Made by a program: the position numbers and the translations under genes. Below the pieces are notes generated by a model. That model was not told the DNA's origin and did not search any database. It worked only from the letters and a program-made list of their open reading frames with translations. 64,000 nt of DNA from Callorhinchus milii (taxonomy: Eukaryota): the NCBI RefSeq assembly GCF_018977255.1, contig NW_024704742.1:620001-684000 (forward strand), written 5' to 3'. Of the stretch, positions 13,901-26,886 are shown piece after piece (positions within the stretch are counted from its first letter, which is position 1; every line of letters begins with the position of its first letter).

Positions 13901-16900
13901 ATGGTAATCTGCCGACTGTAATAGTTCTTTGTAATAGTTCTTTTCTTCCAAAGTGTTTTGACTTTTCGGCATCTTTTTCACTCTCTGAAAAAAGAGTTTG
14001 CTGTTTCATACTGTTGGTTTGAATAGGCTGTGCTTTAGTTTGGAGATTTTATGCCTGGCAAAGCTAAATAAATCCTGCAAAGGGCATGCCATTCAACACG
14101 CTCTTAAATGTTGTGCAAAGTTTTGATTGAAACTTACTCCTACTCAGTCCACAGAATAAACCTCCCAGGCCCCATTTCCGAGAATCTGTGTTGTTACTGT
14201 TATTGCCATCACATGTAGGTTGTAAGCCCCCGAGTACAGTCAGAATATAAGCACTGCACTCTTGTGTTTAAGTCTGTTTTCGGTTGCGTTAGTTGTGTTC
14301 GGTTGGAATACAAACATGATTTATGCCTCGAATTGTGTCTTTGAAGGCCTTCTGTAAAAACACCATATTATTTATTTTTGTTGTTTATTTATTTATTTAC
14401 GATTGTTATTTATTTATTGTTCAGATACTTTTGCCGTTTGACAAAAGCACTCGCTCTCAGGGCGCATCCCAAAGGAGAAATGTTGGCACGTGGTTGCTCC
14501 AGTTGCTTTGTTGAGGCATCGTGAATTTTCAGATCTTTCAGATCAGCTTTACTTTTTGCAGTGGAAGGTACAGTCATGCATTTAGTAGCTATTATAGATT
14601 TGGGGATTTCCTGGAGAATACGTTGAACTGCCTACTGCCGCCAGATGTTGTTACAGATGTTGAACTGCTTTGAGGCATTGTTATTTTTGTCAATATAAGG
14701 AGTGAGTGGTGGTGGGGTCCTTTTTGGGGAAGGTGGGGGGGAGGGGGAAAGAAGAAAACTGTTAAGTATAGACTGACGAGTAAAGTGTTGTCAAGGATTT
14801 CTACACCTGACTTTAAATTTGAAGCTCTTGTGTTTTCAGTCTCGCTGCTGCATGTCATTTATTGCCGTCGAGCTATCGTTTTTTGGGGGGTGGGAGGAGG
14901 AGAAAAAGAAAGCATCTCTCCAGACTGTAGGGCACACATGGGAAAGTTTGATCGATTGGAATATCTAACTTGATAACGCTCCACATGCTCTGGATAAATA
15001 CCAGCTCTCACTGATGAAATATGCTGCAATAATGCTACCCCGACCTCATCTACAAATGGTTCCTCATGTCCTCACTCGACTAAGAATTTTGTCTAATGTT
15101 GAAATTACTTATATAGGTTCAACTATGGTTTAGAGTTTCTCTCTCCCAACTCCCCCCCCCCCCCCCCACCCCAGATCCTCCTCAGTCTTTTCAATTCTGA
15201 ATGCATGTGTCACAAAAGCTACGTGGAATACTGTGGCATGGTGGCAATTCCCCAGAGCTGAGATAAAGCAATGCTGTTAGCTTGACATCAAGACCTACAG
15301 AGTTTAATGCCAACTATTCAGAGTACTTTAGATTGATTATAAATACGATGTCCTATCATGTACACTCCTAAAGATAAAGTAAATACAGAGGAAATTCCCG
15401 CACAGGACTGTTAGCAAAATATATAAGGATCGGAAAGGAGATGGCTTGCTTTGGTCATTATGGTTTTAATATTTTGAGATTCAGTGGCTTCCATTTCCTT
15501 CATTTTATTGAGACATCCGTTGGCTTCTCACTTCTACCATCAGGATAGACAAGTGGCAGGAGGAACTGCTGTCTACTTTATAATCCCAATGCTTACACCA
15601 ATTGTATGAGTCAGCTAGGGAGGAGAAGGAGGGGGGAGAGAGAATGAAACAGCCTGTATGGACACATTTACCCAGAGTATATAGAAGTGAACTTCTGTCT
15701 GTTTCCCCCTGGGTGGCTGTTCGTCATTAGTCGTGTACCCAAGAGCAGGGAGAACAGCCATGTGGCAAGGCACCAAAAGAATGATGGCAGCAGTACAACA
15801 TATGACGGTGTGGGTGATGCCTTTTGGGGAACCGAGAGGAAAGGGAAGAAAGTGCAGAGGGGATAAATGTAAGGGATGTGTTGCAAATTGTTGGAGGAAA
15901 CATTATGTCACCTTTATCAGACGATCTTGGCCTTATTCCCTAATCTCTCCCTCTACTCTATGAAAGCCTCTTGTGTTGCTGGTATGTCTTCTATTTGAGC
16001 TGCCAAAGTTGTTCACTGCTATTTGTTGCTTTGATTTCAGGGAATTGAGTTCCAGTCGCACTGCTCAAGTTCCAGCTCACACTCTTCTCTCTATGTTTGA
16101 GAAAGAGATTGTCCAATGTGGTGAAATAACTTGTTTGCAAAAGTAGTTTAGTATTTACAATGTGAATTCAAGAGCATAGTTCAACATGTGAATTGAGCCT
16201 CACGCAGGGGGAAGTGAATTGATTTCTGGGATGACAAATTAAACATTGTTGATGCTGAATAACGCAAACTTTGGGACAAATTATTCATAAAATTGTTTTC
16301 GGTATCTGATGCAGGACTCATCAAAGCTCTGAAAAAAAATGCCCTTGACTTGGCTTCCTCCAATGACGCCTTTCACAGCTTCTTAAATGAGTACTGAATG
16401 TCCTTTACTAGTTTTGGTCAGTTCACATCTGTAAAGTCGTTTATACATCAGTCTTACACAAATGCATAGAACTGCACTCGCTTCTAACCATCATCTCGGA
16501 ATAAATGGGAGGAAAAAATGCACTTGTGTTCTCAAATAAATGAGGAAAACACACACATCCGTCCTTCGGATGAGATGTTAAACCGAGGTCCCGTCTGCCT
16601 GTTTAGGTGAATGTTAAAGATCCCGTGGCGCTTTTCGAAAAGAGAAAGGAGTTTCTCCTGGTGTGCTGGCCAACACTCTCCTGAAATAAAATTTGTAATT
16701 CATTTCATGGCTGTTATGGGACGTTGCTGTGAGAGTTTGCCTACAAAATACAGAGTCGCTTCATTTCACAGCAATCCCTGTGAGACATCCTTCTCACGTG
16801 ATAAGGCGTTTTAACAAATGCACGTATTATGTTATTTGTGGATTATCTCAGGATAATTAACCCCTCACTTTTGATTTATCTTGGAATAAATGGGGGAAAA

Positions 16901-18305
16901 CCATAAGCGCAATTTATAGTCGGACGGAAATGCTCTTGCTCCTTGGTTACAATCTTCATTCCTACACATAGAATCATCCTTTAATTAATGGCTTTCTGGC
17001 TGTGGTTCAGGAAGGCAATCTGTCTTTCCTTTCCATTCAGTAGCTATTTTTGAAGAATGTATTTTTTTTACACACTCTTTGCAACCTACAGGGATTTCTT
17101 CACAATTTGACACTGTAGCAAGATGCAGTTTAATTAAAAAAGACTGCAAGGTTTATGGAGTACTGACTTAGATTATTTTTTGCCAGTTTGGAAAAAGTGG
17201 AGTCCGAATCTCTTGTTGTCTTTGGACCCAGTAGGAAAGTGTTATTGCTTTTCTTATTTGACCTCACCCTTACTACAACAATAACAACAACAAATTACAT
17301 GTGTATAGCGCCTTTCACGTGAGGAGGACGTCCCAAGTCGCTGGATAGTCAGAGCTCCGCACCCGAACTGGTGGTTGGGATCAGGGAGAGCTCATTCTTT
17401 ATTGCAAGATTAAGGTTTTATTTCTTTTAATTTAGTAACCAGTCAGGCTTGCTTTTGTTCTGTTGCAATGGATATTGGAAATGTATTGTTTTTGCACATT
17501 ATTTGATAGAAAATTGCATACTCACTTTGAACAAGCAATTGGGTACAGAAAGGTCCAGGTCCTCTCGCTTGCGAGGCGAGTGCTCTCACCAATATGCTAC
17601 AGGACACCACTTATAGTCAGGTCTGACTGTATATTTGACTCACCTTTGGATAAAGAGAGGGGGTCATCAATCTCCCAATAGGGTCAAGGGCTAATTCTCT
17701 TGTTCAGCCACAATAGTGTTCGGTATGGTGCCTCTTCACTGTTTCGAACGGTGTTCAGTTTATTTATTGCAGTCCACTTGGGATTTTATCATCATCAATC
17801 TGATTGTACTCAGTTGCCATTTGGCATCTGCAAAATTCACGTTGTGTTACGGATATTTTATTTTGTAAGACAAAGAGCTGAATGTTTTGCAGAGCTGTCA
17901 AAATAAAAATTCGATGTGGGAGGGGAGTGGCGGCCTTGCTTGTTTAGCTCAGACTTCTCGGAAACCAACAAGTTGGTTTTCCATCAGTACTGTAGTTTGT
18001 CGTTTGGAAAAAAAAGTAGTTAAAATCTCAAAAAAAAATTTTTAACGTCCCTCAACATTTNAAAAAAATCAGTAAGCTCATAAACATTTTTAATCATATG
18101 ATAAAAAAAATCTTAATTGAAGCTTAAACACACAGTGAAAAGCTTCCTGGTTCTTCAGTGAGTAAAGGCTCCGTGTGGTTTTGAGCCGTTTGGGCAAGAA
18201 CGTGCCAATGTAGTGTCTAATGTTGAGTTATCTGATCCGGGGGATGGGGGTGGTGGTGGGAGGATCCTGCAGCTTCCTGGATCTCTCCCGAATCTTTATC
18301 CATGA

Positions 18306-18672
18306 GTGGAATCCTGTAACTCAGTGGTTGGAGCACTCGCCTCGCAAACGAGAGACCAGGGTTCGATGCCCGACAGGGCGAAACATTCGGCAAGTTTCCT
18401 TATTCCACACGGCTGTCTACCCAGCAGCAAGTAGGAACCCGATTATTAGTCGATTGGTGGATCGCTTTTCCGGGGATAATAATTCCTTCAAAAAAATTTA
18501 TAATAAATTGGTCACTCAATGCACAACTGTGTGTGGGGACGCTGCTGTGCACAATTGGCTGCCGCATTTCAGACACAAAATATACAGTCAATTCACTTTA
18601 CAGTATATTCTGTGAAGTGCTTTGAGAGACGTCTAGACATAAGGCATTATATCAAATGCAAGGATTATTATT
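18306..18672 (+). mobile_element. SINE family A, full length
   Basis: Colinear with 7570-7946. Confidence 0.85.
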
Positions 18673-19344
18673 AGTTTTATTATTTATCGCTGGCATTATA
18701 GTCAACCTGTTGTGGAACCTGCATTTGGTGAGTACAGGATAATAATAATTATCATAATCCTTGCATTTGATACAGCACGTATCAGGTTATTCATACGTCT
18801 CAAAGCGCTTCACAGAATATACTGTAAAGTGGATTGGCTGTATATTTTGTGAGTGATGAGGTTTGGCTTTGATGCCTCCTTTTGTTTCCTGATGCCTGAA
18901 GTCGTTGTCTGGTATAGAACAAGGCTTTAAAGACCAGCATTGCAGGTTCAGCGAGTTCTGTTAGTTAGCTGACCTCTGTGTATTGGTGTTGACCTCAGCT
19001 GGGACTGTGGTTGGGATAATACATTGGCTCTTTGTGCTCCTGAGTTAAGAGGAAATTGGCCAATGTTGCTTTGCACCATACAAGGTGTGCTACATGGTGA
19101 TGTGCTGACCTCTGCCAATGGTGCTCTGAGGTGCGTGTGAAATCCAGACACACACCGTGGGGGAGAGGGTGATGGAGAGGGATTCCCTTTAGATGTGGGA
19201 AGCAGTTTGATTTTGCTCCTCAATATATTCTGATGCTCCAAACATCCTGCGTTGTTGTACATCCTGATTGTCAGGAAGTTTTAATAATAACTGTTCATAA
19301 GTTACAGCTCTTGATCCAGGTGACAAAGCAATAAAACCAGTCCA

Positions 19345-19590
19345 GCTCAAAGGCTCTTCAAGGGACATCTTGGAGGGGACCTTATAGAAGTATATAAGGT
19401 GCTGGATCAAATTCGGAAAGTCAATCCAGAACAATATTACCAGCTACACCAAGGCCGCAGCCAAGAGGACATGGGTTCAGGGCTTTGGAGGGCAATTTCA
19501 GGACAAGCCAATGTGTATATTTACACCAATTTAACAATGGGTAGGAGTTTCAAGGAAAGATTGTGGACACACGAACACGGGATGTCTCAG
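19345..19590 (+). mobile_element. CR1-type LINE ORF2 C-terminal fragment
   Basis: Translates GDLIEVYKVLDQIRKVNPEQYYQL, then a frameshifted RGHGF. Confidence 0.7.
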
Positions 19591-20219
19591 TGAACATGAT
19601 AAGGCACTGTATGAACGGATATGCAAGGATTATTATTATTATAGATACTTCTGCTGTAAATCCAGAGCTCTGCTGTGCATGCTGTATAAAGGGTACACTG
19701 TGTTGCATGTGGGATGAATTTCGTGGTGCGTTGAGGATGTCAGCTTGTGCTGACATTCTTCCAACTTGGCTGTTTGAGGTTCAAAATGCCATGGAAGGAA
19801 ATAGTAACCAGTAGTGTTTGTGTCCAGGACCATTGAGAAGCAGTAAACAAGAAACAGGATCCAAGGATGAAAACACATAATGAAGCAGATTATGCAGAGA
19901 AGGTGGTGTGTGTTTTATTTTTTACCCTTGGATTTTGAGAACTATTCCAGGTCAACTGGCAGGCACCCTAGCGCTCCTTCCTTACACTCCAGCACACCCA
20001 TTTCTGCGGGTCTGTAAGGTTTACCACGTGCTTATAAGACGAACTCTCCCGTTGTAAGTAAACACCAGTAAGGTCAATTTAACTTCACCCCCTCCCCAAC
20101 ACGACTCTGACACTGCTGCTTGGCACTTCAAGTGAGGGTCTCTATTAGAGTGGCCTGGATTGATCGTTCCCACATTGGGCCAAGTAATGAAACTGCAGCT
20201 CTCCATGTGGGAAACCGAA

Positions 20220-20612
20220 CAGTGAAGCTGGCTTGAACTCCAGGCTGATACCCTAATGCAATGCTGGGGGTGCGCTGCATTGTTGGGAGGTGACGTTCTT
20301 TGAACAAGATGTTAAATCGTTGTCCTATCTGCCTGTTCAGGTGGATGTTAAAGGTCCCATGGCACTATTCGAAAAGAAAAGAGAGTTTCTCTCTCCTGGT
20401 GTCCTGATCTACAATCCCTCAAGTAATAAAAAAATTGGTCGCTCACTTCATGGATTTTTATGGGATGTTACTGTGTGCAAATTGGTGGCCACATTCACCT
20501 ACAAATTACAAAATCACTACCCTTCACAGCAAAAACATTTTCTTTCCTGTAAAGCGCTTTGAGACATCTCGGTGATGTGATAAGGTGCCGTTTCAAATAC
20601 AAGAATTATTAC
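20220..20612 (+). mobile_element. SINE family B (DeuSINE-like), 5' degraded
   Basis: GTTAAAGGTCCCATGGCACTATTCGAAAAGA and the shared tail. Confidence 0.8.
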
Positions 20613-20847
20613 TGTACTGACAGCACCAGTGGATCGATGCGTCAATTCAGAGGGACAGCTGAGCTTATCCTAAAGGTCACAGTGTGGTGTGTGGGGAGAG
20701 GGAGGCCAAGACAACACTGCGGGTGAATCATGAGCATGTGATCGATACAAACTGAATGACTTGTGTATAGTTTTATATCTTCACCTCTTGTACTTTTCCC
20801 CAGGCGGTAAAAGAGACTAATCCTGTATTCTTTCATCACTGTTTCAG

Positions 20848-21036
20848 AAACAGACGACAGATGAATGCTTCTTCCACGAACGGCTGGAGCCAAACAACTA
20901 CAACACGTATCGCTCAAAGAAATATGACAACTGGTATGTTGCTCTCAAAAGGTCTGGACAATACAAGCCTGGACCAAAAACTGGACTGGGACAGAAAGCC
21001 ATTCTCTTTCTCCCGATGTCTGCTAAATGCTCGTAG
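20848..21036 (+). CDS. FGF2: Fibroblast growth factor 2, terminal coding exon 3
   Basis: tttcag|AAA CAG ACG...TGC TCG TAG. Translates KQTTDECFFHERLEPNNYNTYRSKKYDNWYVALKRSGQYKPGPKTGLGQKAILFLPMSAKCS*, the FGF2 C-terminus. This frame is not in the ORF track because it has no start codon. Confidence 0.97.
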   Translation, partial: KQTTDECFFHERLEPNNYNTYRSKKYDNWYVALKRSGQYKPGPKTGLGQKAILFLPMSAKCS

Positions 21037-21981
21037 TCATTTGCTTCCAGCCGTCACCTTTTACCTTAAAGAATCGGAGGAAATGTGACTTGTTCGGAAA
21101 CCAAATTTTTGATGACTTTTTTTTGCTGCAAAAGCCATCAATGTGCATGGTATTTTGTCACTACGCTCTCAAAAGTTGTATTACAGCTATTTATCCTGTA
21201 ATACACCAACTGTTGTGCAATATCACGCTTCTATCAAATGTGACTTTGTAAGTCATCCCATCTTTCGGATTCCCACACTCGTCTTGCTCAATGTCAGTGT
21301 TGAAAAGCACCTTGTGTACAATATGCAACTAAATATATACTGTGGTGAATCAGTAATTCACTCATTTAACAAAACTGTATAACATAAATACAGGAAGGTA
21401 CAGTTGATGCTGTGTGATACAGTACTTTACTTATCAAGTGAAGGCAAACAAGCTTTATTCAGTAAGACACGAGCTCTTTGAACCTGAAGCAGTTATTTTA
21501 ATCTGTCCATCTGTGAACAGAACCAAATGGTATCTTGTGTTTTGAGGTCCAACCATAGGTTTTCCAATCTCGGGTTAAGAAAACTTCAATTCCTATTTTT
21601 TTTATTCAGTAAAAAGTCACTGATTCATTGCACTACGTGGGGCATGTGGGGGAATGTGTAACTCAATGAAATGTGCGTAACTGGCAGAGAAACAGTAGGT
21701 TTGAGCAAAAAAAAAAGAAGGATTCCTCTTGTTCAAATTGGGGGTATCGACCAACAAATATCAAGCGATTAGATAGAGAAACAAAGAGCAATAATTTCTG
21801 ACATTATTGACTAAAACACAATAGTACATGTGGAGAAAATTACTGAACTCTAGTGTCTTCATATACATTGCGTTTCTGAACACCATGTAGTTGTTTCTCT
21901 CCTACCCCAACAATATCACATCAAGAATATGCCGACATCTTAAAAGAAGGGAAGCTGAACACGATGTAATAGCTGCTTTCA

Positions 21982-21987
21982 TTTATT
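21982..21987 (-). terminator. Nearest canonical polyadenylation signal (AATAAA) for NUDT6
   Basis: TTTATT on + strand about 800 nt beyond the NUDT6 stop. Further copies at 21601-21606 and 21454-21459. Confidence 0.45.
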
Positions 21988-22786
21988 GGCACTATCCAAC
22001 TATTGAAAGCAGTGACGGCCAAAAACAAACCAGAGTGGGTTTGAGATGATACTGTTTCAGCAAGATGCATCTCTGCTTGTTAACCAATCTTTCTCCAAGG
22101 GTACAGAGGTGCCACAAGCCAGGGGCGGGCTGAAAATCTCTACAAATGTATTTTTTAGACAAATGAGTACATTCGTAATTCTAATCCCGTTTCATTATTG
22201 TTCTTCGTTACAAGGTCTATGGTTGGATATGTACATTTGCGATTGATAGTGTGGAGGACTCATCATTTATCATGAGGTTGGGGAAATGCAGTATTGTTTA
22301 AGACCACCAAATACTGCGTTGGGAACCCTGAGAATTGGATACATTGCATAATATGTGCAGAGACCTTGACCCTGGACAAATTAACATTGCACGCCTGAAT
22401 CTTGTTGGCGAAATTGGAATCTGAAATGCCGCACACAGCATTGAAAACCTGGAACACTGCCAACAAATCGGATGTGTGTCACAATGACCCGTGCAGCAGG
22501 CGTCTTATTCAATCTCCTCCTGCGATCAGAATTCCTGGGGCATGGCGTGATGCAGATCTGGTTAGCAGCAGGATTTAGCATTTGCAATCTTTAAGAGCAT
22601 TTCATTCCAGAAACATACAGTCAATTCGCTTTACAGTATATTCTGTGAAGAGCTTTGAGGCGTCTTCAAGACGTGATTAGGCTCCAGATCAAATGCAAGG
22701 GATTATTATTATTCGACTCGGAACGATTCTCGTTTGCCTAGACATGGGTGGGTGGAAAAAAAATCTTGGCCACATTCTTCCAAAAC

Positions 22787-23190
22787 CTATTTCAATGGCT
22801 CTTGCTTCAGCCGCTCATAAGTCTCTGGCAATTCCTTGTGATAGAGTTTGTAGAGAAGGCCAGTGTAAACTGCTGGAAACTCTCTCACGGTTAGGTCAAT
22901 TTTCTCAAAGCCTTCCCTGTATCCATAGAAGAGCAGCCTGGCCACCCTGTTGGTTATAAGTGTGGTGCTCCGGGACCTGACCAGCTCCTCCAGATCCACC
23001 CATTCGCACCGCACGCATTCTTCCTGGCAAAAGTCGATGTCAAATGTCACCGGTGTCAGACGGCAAACAATGTACATGTCGGACTTGCCGAAGGCCCCCG
23101 GGTGATTGTGCTGCTGGCGAATGCTTAAAAGCGACTTGAACTCTGTCTTTACTCCAGTCTCTTCAAAGACTTCTCGGACAGCAGTCTCTC
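22787..23190 (-). CDS. NUDT6: Nudix hydrolase 6, terminal exon 5 (404 nt incl. stop)
   Basis: ttgcag|GA GAG ACT GCT GTC CGA GAA. Translates (G)[44 protein letters not shown]...[21 protein letters not shown], including the second half of the Nudix box. Confidence 0.96.
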
Positions 23191-23263
23191 CTGCAAGCGC
23201 AATCGTCAGCCAAATTTAACTTTTATGTGGACGTGAAGCATTTTGCCAAAGGTAGTGTACAGC

Positions 23264-23269
23264 AATAAA
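23264..23269 (+). terminator. First canonical AATAAA downstream of the FGF2 stop
   Basis: No canonical AATAAA seen on + between 21036 and here. It lies just beyond NUDT6 exon 5. Others at 25726 and 25792, ATTAAA at 27649 and 27673. Confidence 0.4.
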
Positions 23270-23404
23270 ATTGGCAGGTATCCCATTCAACTTTATAGAG
23301 TCATTCTAGAAATATAGGATTAACATCTACAGATCCAGTCCTCGGAGGTGTGAGCATGATTCCCACCATCTTCACCCTTGCCACTCCCATTTTGTTTTGC
23401 GGGC

Positions 23405-23645
23405 CGGAGCCCCAAAATTCCACCCAGCCTTAGTGCGTTAGGACCTTTTCGTCTTTTAAGATTGAACAGAATTGTGGAAAATTCTTAAAATTCAGTCTCA
23501 ATTTGGAAGTTGGCTTTCCGCACTTCTTAAAAACGAACCGGCTTCCAAATCAAGTCTCAATTTAAGGATTTTACACGATTCTGTGCACAGTCTTGTTTCG
23601 AAATAATAATGGCCTTGGAGGCTAAGAAGTGGAATTTTGGATCTC
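23405..23645. mobile_element. MITE-like imperfect palindrome
   Basis: Outer arms CCAAAATTCCAC..CTTAG / CTAAGAAGTGGAATTTTGG. Inner arms of about 55 nt: AAGATTGAACAGAATTGTGGAAAATTCTTAAAATT..TTTGGAAGTTGG / CCGGCTTCCAAAT..AATTTAAGGATTTTACACGATTCTGTGCACAGTCTT. Confidence 0.6.
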
Positions 23646-26327
23646 ATCTGAAGTTTTTTAAAAAAAAATACAATTTAATTTCACCGAATTCTTGTCAAAA
23701 CCATTAAAAAGTACAATTTACAGGATATCCGATCCCAATTAATGCGATCGCTTGAGGCCCTTCGTGCAGTGCTGGGTGGTTTTGTGTTTCCTCTTCTCAG
23801 CCCCACCGAGACTATTAAGTTCACTCTTATTTTTAACAATTAGTGAACACAGAAGGAATGAGCCACAATTTCAAGATCACTGCATGATTTAAAGAGTTCC
23901 TTATCTCATGAAACCAAATTGTTTCTTTAACTTTCCGCTACAGACAGACCTGTAGTAGGTCTTGCAACCGTTGTGGGACACTGCTGTACGCAATTGGCTG
24001 CTGTGTTTTGTCCTCAAATTACACAGCCAATTCACTTTACAGTGTATCCTGTGAAGCGCTTTGAGACGTTTCAACGACGTGATAAGGCGCTGGGTCAAAT
24101 GCGCGTGTTATTGTAAGGATTTTATTATCGTATAAATGTGGCCGCTGAGTCAGGGCAACACGCTCAGGAACCAATGCTCCTCATCACCGAGCTATAAACG
24201 TGGCTGATGTGGATGAACTGGCATCTTGCCAAACCCTGTTTTAAAAACTGGTAAATTTGTGTGCCCCCCCAAAAAAACAACACAACAACCCAACAAAAAC
24301 AACATGGTTTCTACATTGAATCATTATGCCAGGGAGGAGAGAGAGAGAGAGAGAGAGAAAAAACTGAATGATGGTTCACACATTGAAGCCCTCCCATCTG
24401 AGCCCAGAGGTTGCACAGCAGTTGTTGTTTGATGGGTTAGTTCCTATTTGGTGGGTTAGTTCACATGAGTTGCCAGTACCTGACTTGTCTCCACTGTCAC
24501 CTTATTAATGCTGGAGACAGTAAGATCACAGCAATCCAAACCCTGTAGCCCTGGTCGGAAGCGAGAACCTTCGAAGATGACATGAAAACGAGTCGTGCAG
24601 GTTCAAGTATGTGTTTCACACAAACTATTGCCATTGAGAGTAATGAAATGATGTGGAGATGAAAATTATTCTGGATTGTTCTATTCATTAATAAGGATGT
24701 TTAAAGAGAGAGAGAGAGAGAGAGATTGGCGAAGGTAATAGTCAGGGGGTATGGTGGAACAGGCTTGATGGTCTGATTTCTGTCCCTGCTTTCCTATGTT
24801 TCGCGTGCCGTTAAAATTGCAGCCTGCCTACATCAGAGGGTTGGCTAAGTTAAATGACTCTTCATTAATCTACTTATCTCGAGCTTGTCTTTCCATTCAC
24901 TTTTCAGCATTATCCCTGCTGTACTGGTGATAAAGCATATTTTGAAGTTCAATCGGCCTGTGTCCAGTCGCTACGTAAGACAGTTCATCCAAACCGTCTC
25001 TAAGCAAACCATTCCCAGTTTGCAGCTCGGTATTTGAAATGTTTCGGACAGGCCCTGATGCTAACTGTTTTAATACGATAGACTCTCAGCTAAACCACAG
25101 AGAACTCTTGTGTTTCCCCTCTTGGGGCAGTAAATGGTCTCTTCTGTACAGTAACACTGTAAATTATCAGCCAAAGCGAATATTTACATTAACATCCAGA
25201 GGTAAATCTGAAAAACAGCTCTAGCTTTATGATGATAATGGCATCCACACAGCGTCCGTATCTCCCAAATTAAGCCCTAGAAAGGACACGGCTGGAATAA
25301 TTAGACTGCACCTGAAACCATTTTGTAATTACCCAGTGTGTTCTCCCGAGGACACATTTGACGAGGAGTTCAAATCGACCTTTTGAGGAGAAAAAAATAA
25401 GGGAATTATAAAGTTCCGACTCTCGGTTGGCATTGTCGTTCTGAAAATCCTTAAGGTTTTTATTTGAATCGAAGTCAAAGCAAACTTCCCGATCTGCAAA
25501 ATCTGCTGAATAAGACTGAGCTTGAGGAGTCATCTACAACAACAACAACAACAAAATAACACTTGTATAGCGCCTTTCATGTTGGGAGGACGTCCCTTTC
25601 AGCATTAAAATAGTAGAATAGTGTGCAACAGATATTCCACTAATGTATGGCAAATAGCAATGCATACAACAAAAACATAAATGCAACATATGGCTTAAAT
25701 CCTTTGTTTCAAAACAAGTTTTCCCAATAAATACAAACCGATGATATTTCTGCTATTTATTTTTAAACAAGAATGTATCAAGAGAGAGAAAAATAAATCC
25801 CCAGACTTGCATTTTATCAGATACTTTTTGTTTAAACAGCATCGGCAAATGTGTTCCTACGTAACGGTTTCATATTGGAATTTTTCCTATCAACCAACTG
25901 AGTTTTCATATACTTCTAAACATTGAATTTGACAAACTGTGCCTTTTCTAAGCACCCATATATATATATATATATATAAAATGTATTTTTTATCTGGTAC
26001 TAAGATTTCTTATTCTTACTCTCTCATGTAAATAGTTCAGTGCGGAAGGATCAAATGTTTATTTTTTAAATATAATTGGTGAATTCTAACACACTGGTCT
26101 CAAACCGGATCTGCAATTTGTTTTACTGGAGAAAGTGGTTAAAACGGCGACCAATATGCTGATGCCACACTGAGAGAAAAGTTCAAACGGAAAGAAATTG
26201 TCATAGTGAATGAAAACAAAATGTACATTTTGAGATTTTTAATCATTTTTTGATTTTTTTTATATATATATATTATATATTATATACGTCGATAGTTGAT
26301 TATAAGTCGAGGAGGATCATGGTATAA

Positions 26328-26762
26328 TGTCAGCCTGGCTCAGTTGGTAGCATTCTTACCACTAAGTGAAAAGGTTGTGGGTTTACCTACTTTGGGGCTT
26401 TGAGCTCACAGTTCACTGACACTGCAGTGGTCAGGGGAAGTGCTGCGCTGTGGGACGTGTCGTCCTTCTGATAAGACGTTAAACTGAGATCTCGTCCCCC
26501 TTGTTCGGGAGGACGTTAAAGATCCCGCGGCACTATTCGAAAAGAGAAGGGAGTTTGTCCCCGGTGTCCTGGCCAACAATCCCAGACAAAATTAGTCACT
26601 CACTTGCTGGCTGACCGTGGGACAACGCTGGGCGCAAATCGGCTGCCGTGTTCTTCTACAGTCACTACACTTTACAGTAAAATCCTGTGAAGCGCTTTAA
26701 GATGTTTTGATGACATAAGGCGCTATTATCAAATCCACGGATGATGATTATTATTTATTATT
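26328..26762 (+). mobile_element. SINE family B (DeuSINE-like), full length
   Basis: A box TGGCTCAGTTGG, full Deu domain, (ATT)n tail ending 70 nt from NUDT6 exon 4. Confidence 0.85.
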
Positions 26763-26831
26763 TTAGTCGAGTTCTAGGCTGACACATTGTTCATTTAAAG
26801 CTGTTTTATTTATATATGTACTTTTACTTAC

Positions 26832-26886
26832 CAATATCTTCCCCTGGGTCGGACAAACCTCCTGGAAACTTCCAAGCATTCTTTGC
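26832..26886 (-). CDS. NUDT6: NUDT6 exon 4 (55 nt)
   Basis: ttaaag|GCA AAG AAT GCT TGG AAG TTT CCA GGA GGT TTG TCC GAC CCA GGG GAA GAT ATT G|gtaagt = AKNAWKFPGGLSDPGEDI(G), the first half of the Nudix box Gx5Ex7REUxEExGU. Confidence 0.95.

Noticed and set aside
16492..16900. About 25-nt direct repeat ATCT(C/T)GGAATAAATGGG.GGAAAA either side of a SINE fragment
   Set aside because: Not flush with the element ends, so not a convincing target-site duplication.
2424..20847. Apparent sense-strand bias of SINE/L2 tails in FGF2 intron 2
   Set aside because: Small numbers and no matching bias in NUDT6 or SPATA5 introns; not distinguishable from chance by eye.
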